DNA of 63,913 bases, filler included, from Reticulomyxa filosa (Eukaryota > Protista > Foraminifera), in assembly GCA_000512085.1 (NCBI GenBank). It is 17 parts of 17 records of this genome, joined end to end, with 100 filler letters (N's around TTAATTAATTAA, not from the genome) between each part and the next. Parts side by side here need not be neighbours in the genome. Positions count along the whole stretch, not along the records: positions 1 to 14,914 come from ASPP01005285.1; 16 more parts are not named here. One strand, given 5' to 3'. The notes beneath the pieces are model-generated. The model did not search any database. It saw nothing but the letters and a program-made list of their open reading frames with translations, and was not told the origin of the DNA. Below are positions 1-13,086 of this stretch, one piece after another; position 1 is the stretch's first letter, and every line of letters starts with the position of its first letter. The translations under genes and the position numbers were made by a program.

Positions 1-479
1 AGAACGAGGTGCTCTTTTAACTAGAAAGACCTGAGTTTGTGCAGTTAGATAGAGCAAAAAGCATTGGTCCAACACTTGACACGCCCACTGTAACTCATTT
101 AAAAAAAATGGTTGAAGACACAATCAATTGTACAATATTCAATTGCAATAATTTATTTTTTAAAAAAAATTTCTTTATTCTGGATTTTTTTGACTTTCTT
201 GAGATTTCTTGGCTTTCTTGAAGATCACAATCTCGATTTTCGAAATCTTTTCAAAAAACACTTACATGACGAAATATCTTGATACTTTAACGTTACCTCA
301 TTAAAAATACAATTTTTTTAATGTCGATGGTGAAGTAATTAAAATGATTTTTTTTTTGCTTATGACACTGTCAATGTAATCTCCCAACTTCCTCCCGAAT
401 GGAGACGAATACAATAAGAAGTGAAACTGTATAATAATTTATCAAATGGTCAGGTCAATTCAATAGTCATAATCTTGTT

Positions 480-800
480 TTGGCATACAAGATTTGCAAT
501 GAATCGAGACCAAATACATCTCTGAATTAGATCTCATATACTGGTAAATTGTCAGCATTATCTTGTGGATGTATCAATGCAGCTGATGCTGGAGTACCGA
601 TAGTTGAACCAAATTCCTATACAATCTCAAATGTCCCACCAATGCAAGTTACAATGATACCACAATCTAACAAGTCAACATTTGCAATCTTCAATAAGCC
701 AACATCATATTAGATTCTGTTATCTTTGGACAATGATTGCATTGTGATATTTTGCGATAGTAGCACATATCCTAATCTTGGTATTGTATGCCCATGACTT
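480..800 (-). pseudogene. Possible highly degenerate reverse-transcriptase fragment (Penelope-like)
   Basis: Manual minus-strand translation gives DLLDCGIIVTCIGGTFEIV*EFGSTIGTPASAAL, and about 20 codons later in another frame IWSRFIANL. Order and spacing mimic the RT motifs QxxGxxMGSPxS and WxRYxDD. Contains stops and a frameshift. Confidence 0.25.
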
Positions 801-2064
801 GTAATTCAAGATCTAAGTATGCCAAAATAGTTATAGTTAGAATATCCAATCAATTGCATTAAAACAAACATTTGATCATATATCTAAGCAATTAGACTTA
901 CATTGTAATATGTTGTTAATCATTACAGATCACATTGTTGAATTGTACTTATCCTGACTAATTGCAAGTTCTTGACCAACGCTTTATTCAATAAATTATA
1001 TTTTAATATTTATAAATTGCTAATTCTCTATTGTCAGAAGATATTGAAATCATTTAATGATTATAACGTACCGATATCTATTGTATTAAATGTCATTTCG
1101 GAATACCTGTTAATTTATAATAATCTTTGTTTAAAATGTGATTTTATATTTTTATCAATTTGTCAAATAATTCAACCTTTGCTTAAATTAATTAAATTAT
1201 AATAAAATGATATTTTAATATGTTCTGACTTTGTAAATGCTACGTTCAATATTATAATGTTTTTAAACTTTCCACTTTATATATAAGTTCTTTCAATGTA
1301 TCAACAATTTCTTGCGCTAATTCTCTTGTTAATAAATTTTTCTACAAAATAAAACTATCAAATTCTGTATTTATTAGTTTTTTGTACTTTCGTATTCATT
1401 TTCAACAATAATCATATTATTATCTTATATTGTGTATTAACTTACGCTTATAGTCTTCTTTGACTTAATTATTCATAATTGATGTTCAAATTATTTATTG
1501 TTTTTGATTTAGTTTTTAATAATTATATATATTTAACAATTCATTTATCGATCAGCAAATTATATTTAAATAATATATTTACTATATTTAGTAAATTAAT
1601 CAATGAAAATTTTATGTTTAATATTCGTGTGATCGTATAAATGAATTCGTCCAAATTTGTATATGTATAATTTATTGTTATCAGTAATTTAGTATTATAA
1701 TCACGCAATAAATGATTGCATAAAACCTAAATAATTTCAATTTGCATACATCCATTAGAATATACTGCATTGAAATTTTATTATAAATGTAATTGATACA
1801 GAATAAGTTCATAATCACATTTTGTCAATAGCATATCAACTTATTAGTCATTCAACGACTATCATGTATTACTATAATTGAATTGTTTCTAACTACTATT
1901 TGCACAATATTTGCTGAAATGATTTTTTTCCGATAATTAGTTTTTCTTTATACTTGTACTGACAAAATAAGATTGTTGACAGTTAACGAAATGAAACTTG
2001 TTAGTCTTTATGTATTAATACTTTTAATTTCAAATATTTTGATTTTTTTTATTGTTCCTTCAGT

Positions 2065-3229
2065 TCATTGATTTTTAACATGAACAGTAGCAGACAAAAT
2101 CTCTACCCATTCCTCATCTACCAATACTTCTAAAGGATCGTTTGGTTTTTTGGGTAGTGATTGAATATGATGAATAACTTCCATTCCTTTGACAATTTTG
2201 CCGAAGCACGGATCCGCTTCGCCATCCTGGCCACCAGGGCCGTGATTTCTGATGTTGTCAACTAAATTAATGTAAAAGTCAGGTCCTCCAGGCCTTCCTG
2301 CAATTCCGACAGTAAATGGTTTGTGCACATATTCCTCGGAATATTCTTGAAATGAAATACTTGGTTCATATTCATGTCTTCCGTTCGTCCTGAAAGAGTG
2401 TTTATTGATCAGTCGATTGTGTGGCTTGTGTCATTGCGTCTTACCCAATCCAAAAAAAAACTTTGGCCTGAGCGTTCTCCTTGCACACAACACAACACAT
2501 TTGAAATGAACAAGCAACGCACCGATGATGACAATTGGCCTGTATGACGTGATTGGCATTTCGAAAGAAATGACAGCCATTCCAAAAGCCTGATGCGATC
2601 ATTTGAAGAAAATAGCGCGTCGTATGTGGCATAATATTGAAAGGAGCCATCTCGATTTCGATGATGCCAAATCGAGTATTTATCTGCACGGTGACTTCTC
2701 CGTTGGGATTTAATGTATGATACTGCAACTCACTTAAGTACATATCAGTCTTGGCAAGAGACGAAAACAATGCGTGCAAGCGTTTGTTGGAATCTGCTTC
2801 GTCGTGCGCTTCGTCTTCGTTGCCGTTGTCTTTCGAGTTCTGTCGTAGTTCATTCACTTCGTCCGTCAATTGTCGGATCGTCTCCAAATTGCGTTGCACT
2901 TCGCTCTCTTTTTGTTTCAACGCCGCCGTTATCGCTTCCATTTTCAATGACAATTGTCGGACCTCGTTTTTGTTTTGCACGTACAAATTTGCCCCACTCC
3001 CGTTTTCATTCGCTTTATCATTCGCCATTGCACTATTGTCATTCGAATGAGTGTAATATATTGACGTCGTCAGTAGCGCACCAATCAGTGCCACGCATTG
3101 AATCACAATCACCAGTTGATACCATCTCGGCCAATTCGTGGACTTTTCCTTGTCAGAACCGTCATCTGAACGAGAGGAGGCCACATGACGACGACTTCGA
3201 ACTTCACTCCGGGTTGTTGTATTGAACAT
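2065..3229 (-). CDS. Cyclophilin-type PPIase-domain protein with N-terminal TM helix and coiled coil (2 exons; intron 2390-2522)
   Basis: GT-AG splice joins ...NANHVIQANCHHR|TNGRHEYEPSISFQEYSEEYVHKPFTVGIAGRPGGPDFYINLVDN...EADPCFGKIVKGMEVI, a cyclophilin-like fold. TM segment LVIVIQCVALIGALLTTSIYY; first ATG at 3229. Confidence 0.8.
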
Positions 3230-3599
3230 GGGAAGAGTGGACTTTTCATAAATGTTTTCGTGAACGAGGAGGCTGCCCCCTGGCAAGGAGAGACACGAGC
3301 AGCAAAATAATCATAGATATCCAATGATTGTACGTTGAAGCAGAAACAGCAAGACGGTGACTGTGTTTTTTTTTTGCAGTTGTTTGGAAGTGCTGAGAAG
3401 CAACAAGAAAAAGAAAAATGAACAATAATTAAAAATGAAAATGAAAAAGAAGCCTTAAATGGATGGATCAGTTTTGGAAAATGGAAATTTTCACAAAAAA
3501 CGGAAAGAGCCAAAGAAAAAACAGCAAAAATATAAATAAATACTTTGTTTTGTGTGATGTATTCGGCTATTGTAACGTTTGTTTGTGTGAAACGAATAT

Positions 3600-4819
3600 C
3601 TATAGAAAATTGACAATAATCGCATTGAGTTCTTCAATCCATCGAAGAGTCCTGAACTCACTAACGCGCATCCAATGTCCTAGGAGAATAGTGACTTCCC
3701 ATTTTGTGAACTGTGTTATGTCCGTGTTGTGTGATGGAGCGTGTGTCGGTGTATCGATGCAAAAGTGCATGGACGCAGACAAAAAAAGGGAAGACAGACC
3801 CCAGTGAGATCTCTGCATGGAATGGCGTAGTGTGCTTGTTCTCGAGTGTGTTGAAATCTGCCACCGATGACATGAACAAAGGGAAGACCATCGTGAAAGG
3901 CCAGAACGGAGGCACTCTTTTGAACGAGATAGGGCAAGCGACACGAGGATTCAACCCACGTCTGTTCGGAGACGAGAAACATGGTGACTCCGTCTTTATA
4001 TTTGCGACTCCAACTGTCGTAGCCTCCAAAAAAAAGGATGTGATCGTTGACAAGAACATAAGAGTAGTCTAAACATCCAATGAATAAGAGACAGACAGGC
4101 AGTTTGCGCAAAACAAAGGTTTTGGAGATCTCGTGATATGTGAGCAAGAGATGGACATTTTCATCCATGAATATGAATTCACACACGTCGTCGCTGTCAT
4201 TGCAATCACGCGATCGCTTTTGTTTGGGCAATGCAACAAAGCAATGACAAGACAGATCGCTATTGATTGGGAGTATGTTGTTATTCACATTCTCCACAAA
4301 TTTGTATGTATTCAAATCCAACACGTTAATCGTGTGTGGTTTGTGTGTGATGAATAACAAATTGTTATGTGTTCCACTTATCACCGCTCTTGCCCTGACA
4401 AAGTTACCTTCTTTTCCAAATACTGTGTTTTGGAATATCGTCGTCCACTCGTTTTTATGTTTCGATGTCTTTTCATTCTCCTTCCATACGCTTTTGTACT
4501 TCATCATCATCGTGTGCTTCTTGCTTTCCACAAACCCCTCGCCGTCTTCTGCGCTACCTCCTCCAAATGACAACAATGTCAATGTGTCGCTGTCCTCTCT
4601 TTTGTTTATATGCTCCACTTGGACCACTACGTGGAAGTACAGGTCCGTGTCAGGTGGGTATTCACATATCTCTTTGTATTGTTCCTTTTTGATGTTATAT
4701 GAGTAGCACTCCTCACTAGACAAACCTCCACAAATCAGGATTTCGTCTTTCCAAAACACACACTGACTACAACTCAATTTTGTCGGCAGAGGTGGTAATT
4801 TTGTCACTGAATTTGTCAT
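3600..4819 (-). CDS. Kelch-like beta-propeller protein (2 exons; intron 3711-3799)
   Basis: GG-doublet blades (ILICGG, LLSFGG, LFFGGYD, HVIGG). A phase-0 intron joins RDLTG|FTKWEVTILLGHWMR...WIEELNAIIVNFL*. Confidence 0.75.
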
Positions 4820-5153
4820 TGACTATTTTTAAGCAGGCAAGGTTTCAAATATAGGAAAGAAAAGAACTAAAAAAAAGCTTCGTTTTCCAACAAGCTTTTG
4901 ACACCTTTCTTTTTACACCTTACTTTCCAGTCGTTGGCAGGATTACATGAACGAATAGCCAAAAGTGTACTGTTAACTTTTTTTTAGTCAGTGTTTTTTT
5001 TTGACTTAAAAGCTTCAACAATTAAATCTTTGTTGCCAAAGGCGTTTAAATAATTGCAAAATTGTTCAATGTGAAAATTTTTTGTTTTATGAGAACGCGT
5101 ATGTCTGTAGAAGCAAAAAAAAAAACTTGTAAACAAGGGAAAACGTAAATACT

Positions 5154-6793
5154 TTGTTGGTCAAAGGGGCATTAATGTTCTTGCTTTCAGATCTTTGGAA
5201 TATAATCATTTATTTGTTTTCTTTTTTTACACTTTGGAAGATAATCCAAACATTAGTGATCATTGTGACCATTGTACTTGTACTTCAGTTGATGATCTCT
5301 CGTGTAAATACAACAGTGGTAACAGGCGCAAATCCAACTCACTTGATAGTCTTGCAGCATGGACATATGTGTTGAGTTTTGGAACAAAAAGAGAGCATGT
5401 TTGATTGAAATATGAAAAGAAGGGCTTTGCAAAGAGGCCCGCAAAAAGCAAATAAGGAAGAAAAACAAAAGGTGCGAATGTTGTGTGATAGCGCCTTACA
5501 TCCGTATGTATCCATTGATGTATGGACTGAAAAAGACGTGTTTGGAAAAAGCCAAAGCAAGCCATGAGAACTACGTGATCCACATTAACCGCAGTAATAG
5601 CGACGACTACATGTTGGGATGGTGGAAGACGAGTGATGGAATCGATCACGGCGGAAAGAGACTATCACAAAGTATCGTGCAGCTGGTCACACAATATCCG
5701 AGCATTAAAAGGCTATCTCTGATCGGAGGCTCGTTGGGAGGACTCTATATCCGCCATGCCATTACGCAATTGTACGATTACGACAGACACCGATTCCAAT
5801 ATGGCCTCGAAGGGGCCAACTTCGTCACTTTGGCGTCGCCGCACTTAGGTGTCTGTCTGTGTTTGTTTGCTCTCACACTCGCATAGCACGGTTGTCACGC
5901 AAAGATCTTTGCGTGTGAACAGGCGTCGATGATTGGGTAAAGCAGAAGAAGTCACTGTACACGTTTGCAAAGTACGTGTTCAACATCGGAAATGCCATCA
6001 TCAATCATCGCTTCCTTTGCAGTTTGTTCAGCAGATACAAGTCCATGTCGAGCATACCTTCGTTATCGTCGTCTCAGAACATTCGACTCTTTGCCACACT
6101 GGCCCAGCTGTTGCAATTGGATCACGAGCGCTTGTTGTATCATATGGCCAACGATGGTGTATCCTATCACACATACATTGCATATGCAATACATTACATA
6201 TGCAATACATTATATACATATACATTATATATACATATATATACATTATATGTACACGCTTTATACATACACACGCAACCACAGAAACGTACTTGGAGCC
6301 CTTGAAAAAATTCAACAATCTAATTTGCTATGCAAATGTCTTGAATGACAGTCGCGTGTCTTATTCTTCGGCTGCAATCTTACCGACTTACGGCCTAGAC
6401 CAGGTCCATGCCTTGGGTCAGAACACGTCCGAATTAATCTTTTCCAATTTGTGTGGCGACGAACACAGAAAAGCAAAGAAAAACACCTCACTGTACAAAC
6501 AAAACGAAGAGGAGATTGATTCGCCCGTGTCAGGTGGAAATCTTGCCCTAACTTTGAGTCTACGAGATGCCGAAGGAATTGTATATGAATTGATGCGTGC
6601 CAATGGACATGTTCAAAATACTTCTGCTCAAAATCAATGGTTTTACAGACTCCAAAATGAAATTCCATGGAGTCGTTGTGTTTGTATCATCAATGAGAGA
6701 TTTGGTGCCCATTCCATGCTTTCCAATCCCATTTTCTTTTATCGAGGATGCCAACCATTGTTACGGCATTTGACCGAACATTTTCAATGGTGA
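5154..6793 (+). CDS. DUF676 putative serine esterase/lipase (multi-exon; exact start uncertain)
   Basis: HLIVLQHG, TSDGIDHGGKRL, SLIGGSLGGLYIR (nucleophile elbow), NFVTLASPHLGV, FNNLICYANVLNDSRVSYSSAAI. Intron example 6157-6284. Confidence 0.85.
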
Positions 6794-7347
6794 AAACTTC
6801 TTCTCACTTGGTCTGGGTTCAAAAAAAAACATGTTGCTTTTTTGAGACAATTGGACTAATTTTGCATTTCATCAAGGACTACTATTATTTTTTAATCTAT
6901 GTTCATTTCCTTAAATGGTGTTTGTATCATCAAAAAAAAATTATACATATTCTTTTTGTTAAAGTCGCTTTTCATAACAACGATTCAAAACAATCATTAC
7001 AATATAAGGCTTTTTTTTATAAGACAAAAATGCTGTTACGTAATATAAATAACATAATACTTGTGATGTCCTCTCTTGTTTCTTTATTATTTAATTTACC
7101 CCACTCCTTGTTGCAATTTTATTTAGTTAACTCTTGTTTAATTATCAGATATGTGATATCAATCTTCTAAAGAAAATCATTTTTTCATTTGTTTTGATTG
7201 ACATCCCTCTTTGAGATACAAAGAAAAAATGATGAATGGATGAAAAGACATTTTTAAAACTGAAGAAAATTTCAGTATTTGAATTGATGTAAGAAAATGC
7301 ACTCACAAAGAAACAAAATAATGCAAAACATGTAGGAAAGCAAATGA

Positions 7348-8718
7348 TTATAATCTTGATTTTGCAGGGATGAAAGCTTGTAACTGCGGACCAATATATA
7401 AAGCATCAGGTCTGATCAAGCGATTGTTTTTTCTTTGCTCAAGTACGTGAGCCACCCATCCCGCAGTGCGTGAGCAGACAAACAAAGGTGTAAACAATTC
7501 AGTGGGTATGCCACATTGGTTGTACGCCATGGCAACGGGGAAATCTACATTGGGAAACAGCTTTTTCTGCGATTGCATCGTCTGTTTTTCAAAATGCACA
7601 GGATAGAAGAGAAGAAAGACAAAAAAAAGAACAAACAAAACTTCTTCAATGATATCCGAAATCTTCATGTAAGAAGGCTTTCCATAGGGGCCTTGGGTGA
7701 GTTTTTGTGCCCAAGCTTTCATAATTGGAGCACGTGGGTCAATCGTCTTGTATACACGATGGCCTATTTTTTGTTAACAGTACTTGTTTCCTTTGATTGT
7801 GTTGGACTACTTGTATTTGTGCGTAGTTTGTGTTCAATACAAATTACCAAATCCCATAATCTTTTCTTTTTTTTGGAGCATCTTCAATATTTGCGCTTGT
7901 GCGGTTTTGGGGTCGTTAATGGACTGAATCAAGTAAAAGGCCTGTTCATTAGCACCTCCGTGCAATGGTCCTCGCAATGTTCCGATTGCACTACAAATGG
8001 CGGAATACAAATCGGATAATGTCGACGTCGTCACCCGACATGCGAATGTTGACGCCGCAAAACCGTGTTCCGCATAGCAAATAAATGACACGTCCAAACA
8101 TTTTACCATATCTTTGTTTGGCTATTATTGTCATTATGTTGTTGCGTATTTACGTTTTTTTTACCCCCCTTTGGCAATTTTTTTTTTAAAGAAAAAAGAA
8201 ACTTCTTTTTGGTGCAATAATCTCAAAAAATGTTTAGCGATATTGTCATTCGGGTTTGCCTTGGTGTCGATGCTTTTGTTATGGAAATGATAATGGTAAT
8301 GATATGCAATTGCAGAGGGAAAAGCTGCCAACAGACGATATGCCAAAGCAATGGTTTTTTCAGTGTCATTTATCTCAGAGTCTTTTTCAGGATACAATGT
8401 CCCTAACAATGAACACGTTGATTTCAATACATCCATTGGATGGGCTACTTTGGGAGTCATTTCCAATAGTCGTCGCACTTGTACTGGCAATTCGTGCTGA
8501 GAATTAATTGCTTTCTTAAATTTTTCAAGTTGCTTTTGGTTTGGTAAATGGCCACGGATCAACAAGTACGCCACCTCTTCGAACTCACAGTTTGCCGTTA
8601 AGTCTTCCAACGCGTAGCCTCGGTACATTAACCCTTTTCCGTCTTTGTCCACGGTGGCTATTGCTGTTTCTCCAGCAATCACATCTGCCAATCCTTTGCT
8701 GTATTCTTCTTTTGACAT
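7348..8718 (-). CDS. prpC: Bacterial-type 2-methylcitrate/citrate synthase (PrpC-like), 4 exons, C-terminal PTS1
   Basis: GLADVIAGETAIATV..GLMYRGY, FEEVAYLL, HPMD, YAEHGFAASTF, GPLHGGANE, GFGHRVYKTIDPR, FPNVDF, FTPLFVCSRTAGWVAHVLEQR..IRP. Introns 8122-8202, 7764-7847 and 7582-7641. Ends in AKSRL*. Confidence 0.9.
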
Positions 8719-9729
8719 TTTTCTTGCTTTTTTCTATTTTAAATCAATAAATGTCGAAAATTGAAAGTTCAACGTTACCAAGACTTGTAACTGGCGGACA
8801 AACCATTGACAAACTTTTTGAAAACGAGTTAAAGCATGGTTTTGTATGTAAAATACGTCTTCAAATGACGAAAGACTCCATTCTTTTATAAATGGTTTGA
8901 TTGTCAATAAAAAATAACACAGTAATTCTTTTGGATTAGACATGTCAACAACAAAAAAAGATAACTAAAAAAATATGACAAATATCAAAGCATATTCGAA
9001 AATTTTTTTTGAACAAACAGAACAACAATTTATGCTTATTCTCAAACGCGAAGAGCATAATTTACCTTTTTCAAGGGATGGGGTTATACGTTCCTTTTTT
9101 GTTGCTTTGTTGTTTTTAAAGTATTAAATTTTTAAAAGATAAAAAAATTATAGAAATGCTACCAATTGAAGTATATGATCCGGTATATAACTAGGCAACT
9201 AATTTTTGAGAAATAATGCGCATATCAACGCAACTATAACAGTGTCAACCAAAAAAATAGAACATGATTGTGTAGGAATATTGAAACGACTAAGTGTAAT
9301 ACGAAAGGAACTTAGTTCCAAAAAGCAACTTTAGTAAAAGGAAATTAAATTAACAAAAAAAATTTCAACACAAGAAAGGAAAACACAAAAATGAGTTGTG
9401 TTGTGAAGAGGGTTTTAACCCACTGGGGGTCCCACCGTTCCCTTAGTACTTGAGACTGTATAATATGGACTTATCCTACAATTGATCGTTTTATTTTAGA
9501 AACATCCTCAATTTTCAATATTATGGCTTAACATAATGTTTTTTGCAAATAACTAATTCTAAGATAATGATATGTATATTATATTATTTTGCTTTTGCCG
9601 AACAACTAAAAATATACATGTTAAATAAGAAACAATATTACAAGTATAGCAGTCTATTTCGTTTTGCTACGTGCACTCATTTTGTTACCCCCGCATCAAT
9701 AATAATATTGGATTGCAAGCCAAATATTT

Positions 9730-12221
9730 ATGACAACACAAAAGAAAACAGATGAGTCTGTTTCACAAGCGGTGTCACCTCGAAAAAAAGATAAGAAACG
9801 GAAGAAAAGTGATACAAAAGACCGTTCACGGCACAACACAGTTGCTTCATTGGAGGCATTTCGGTCGTGGAACCTTGGAGAGAATGGTAAGATTAAAGAA
9901 GCTGAGACAAACTACAAAAAGTGGATTGAAAAAAACAAAAACAATGAACAGCAGAAGATCAGGAACCTCCAAAAATGGAGCTAAAAAGATCAACATCGTT
10001 TTCATTAGCCTACAAAAGTTATGAAGGCAAAAAGAAAGGAAAAAGCCCAAATAAACAAGACAAAACAGAAAATTCAGTGCGATTTTTTAACCCATTGTTT
10101 CATCGTTTGAAAGCGAAATTATGTCAGGCGAACAAGTTTGGATATTATTTGTATTGTCTCAGTTCCGTTTTAATATGATTTTAAAAAAGTCCACTACACG
10201 CATACATAACTTACAAAAGTTGAGAAAAAAAAAAAAGAAATGGAAATGGCTATTTAAATCGAGAAGAATTGGAATCTTTGGCAACACAAATGAAAGCAGA
10301 AGGACAAGAAGCCATTGATTGGGATGAATTGTATACCCGACTGGCCAAAGATGAGCGCGGGATACCCTACCAAGCAAAGCTCAATGAGATTGAGTTGATC
10401 TTGAAAGAGACGCCAGACTTAACCGATGATGATGTGTTGCGAATGGGATTGGAAATATTTGTTGCGTGCAAAAAAAAAAAAAAAAAAAAAAAGGGAGACG
10501 TTGTTGTCAGAAATTTCTGAAAGAAATAGTTTACAACATATATAAATGTATACATATTTTTATTTATTTGTATGTTTGTAAATAAAAATAAGTATACGTA
10601 TAAAATGTCAATGTACAAAAGACCGATACTAACAGTTGGTCGATAGAAGAATTAGAATCGGTGGTGATGCAAATGAAAAGCAAGCCGTTTACGAAATACT
10701 ACCAAAGCAGGTTGTATGACCAGATGTTGGAATGGATCAAGTACAACATGGGCCAGATGACGAACGACAGTGACATGGCGAGCAATGAATCATATTCGCC
10801 GGCGGACGACGGTTACATCGAGGAAGAGAAAATCGACACGCGGCAGATTACATTGTTGGACGAGATGAACGAAAACATTGACGCGGAGACGAAAGCAGCA
10901 GCAGCAGAGACAGATAGACAATACCAAAATGCGACCAATCCTTCATTCATGCCACTGTCATCTTCCAACGCGTTTTCGCCGACAACGAAGCAGTTGCATT
11001 TGTTTGCCATGGGACAAGACTTTCATCGAGACGAAAGCGACGAAGACGAGCCAAAGTTGCCTCGGGCTTCGACGATGACGTACAGCACGAATATGAACAA
11101 GTATCCGAAGATGAGACGATCAACTCGTAATAGCTTCATTCATGGTCATCGTCGTAGTGGTGGTGGTACTCGAGGAGGGGAAAGGGGCGAGTATTTACAC
11201 GATTTAAACTTGCAATTGCTTAAGTCGCAACAATTACTACAGCGCTACCAGAAGGAAATGAGTGTGTGGAAACATCGATACAAAGACCTATCCGAACAGG
11301 TGGTGGAAAAAGAGCGGGAAGAACAGCACTTGCAAAAGTACCATTTGGACGTGGACACGTTCAACAATGAGTTCTTTGACGAATTGCACACCAAGTTCCA
11401 GGCACTCGAGACCGACCATCAGGAACTCTTGCTCAAGTTCCAAGACACGCAAGCCAAAATTCAAGAGCTGGAACAAAGGGCCGACGAGGCCACGCAACTC
11501 GAACGCGATCTCCAACATCTTCAAGATCAGAATCAACAGCTGCAGTTGCAAAACAATCTCTTGCGAGACGAACTCGACGATATCGTCAAAAAAAATACCA
11601 AGTTGCATGAACTCATTCACATCTTTGAACAAATGCAAATCAAGTTTGATGACAGCTTTCCTAATGTCAATGCCTATGTAGCTGATCGCGTCTCTTTGAA
11701 AGATGAACACTCTCACTTATCGGAATTGCTTAATAACAATAGCAATGATAATGATAATGATAATAACAATGATGATAATAATGATAATAATAATAATAAT
11801 AATAATATGGCAATGATAATACTAATATTAATCATAGTAATAATAATAATAATTTTAATATTATCACTACCACCGCTACTCAGATATCCGACTTGTCTCA
11901 AGACTATTCCATGCTAGGCTCGCCTGTAATGACTCGTCTTCCACATGCGTTGGTCGAAGAGTTGGCCATTACTGACGATAATGCTTCGCTTTATGGACAT
12001 GTTTCAGAGATCAAACACACGACTTTCATCCCTGATAAACTCATGCTCGACAAATCCACTCAAACTGACTTCAGTCGTCCGTCCATTGTAATCGACAAGC
12101 ACGAGCAAGAAGACATTGCTTTTTCGAATCATTCCACAAAGTTGGCCGTTTTTGGAATTGTCACTGTCACTGGGCTTTTCATGTGGTACAGGTGGAAAAA
12201 AAAAAATCAGAATCAAATTGA
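9730..12221 (+). CDS. Coiled-coil protein with EF-hand-like motif, Asn-rich tract and C-terminal TM anchor (multi-exon, probable indel errors, ends uncertain)
   Basis: NGNGYLNREEL at about 10238, long Q/E/L heptad region 11200-11640, (AAT)n tract. Reading continues in a shifted frame from about 11806 to LAVFGIVTVTGLFMWYRWKKK. Confidence 0.55.
11730..11850 (+). repeat. AAT/GAT trinucleotide microsatellite (poly-Asn/Asp)
   Basis: Directly visible (aat)n/(gataat)n run. Confidence 0.9.
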
Positions 12222-13086
12222 CTCCAAAGTTTTTCAATTGTTTACTCTCTCTTCCCTCTCCAAACAGCTTTTTTTGTTTGTCTGGTTGGTCAGTGTTCAT
12301 TTTGTATTTGCTTCTCTATTTGCCATAGTTTATTTCTTGTGTGTACACAATTCATCCTGCTTCTCACCATTGTAACAAGAAAATGAAATGAGTAAATTAA
12401 AAAATATATCTTTTATAATGTATCACAACCGCTCTTTTTTGAAATACAAGACAGCTTTTTTTTGAGAATAAGTGCATTGTTATTTTTTCTATGTTATACT
12501 TATTCCCAAAAAAGTTTATGTATTTTTTCAATGGTACAATCGGTGTTCATTCAAAAAATACTTGTCAATTCTTTTTTTTACATGAAATTGCTGATTCGAA
12601 ATATTTTGGTGTCAACACCAAAATAGTGGCCTCACTCGACTTGCAATTTCTTTTTTCATGCAGCTGACGCTACAACTTTTGGTTCGCATGCATTTAAGCA
12701 AAAGGCAAACAAACTAACAAAAAAACAAACAAGTTTAAGATTAATGTTCTGCGACTTTTCGTTTCAAAATAACTTTCGGACCCATTTAACTTTTTATGTT
12801 TCTATGTCTAGAGAAAAGTATTTTTTTAGAAACTTGGTTAAAGACAGAAAAAAAAACAAAAAAATAAAAAATGAATTAAAACACCACGACCAAAATCTCA
12901 AATAACATAACGCAACCACAACAACAATTACAAAACAAATTTTACAAGTCTCATTGGCATCAAATTTTTTTTTTTTTGGTTCATTGAGAATAAGTAAGAA
13001 AGGGGGTATTATTCCTGAATTATAAAGGAGGGAGAGAAAAAAAAAAGGGAGAAAACCACATAAAAAAAAATTCTTCTCGCAGACTG

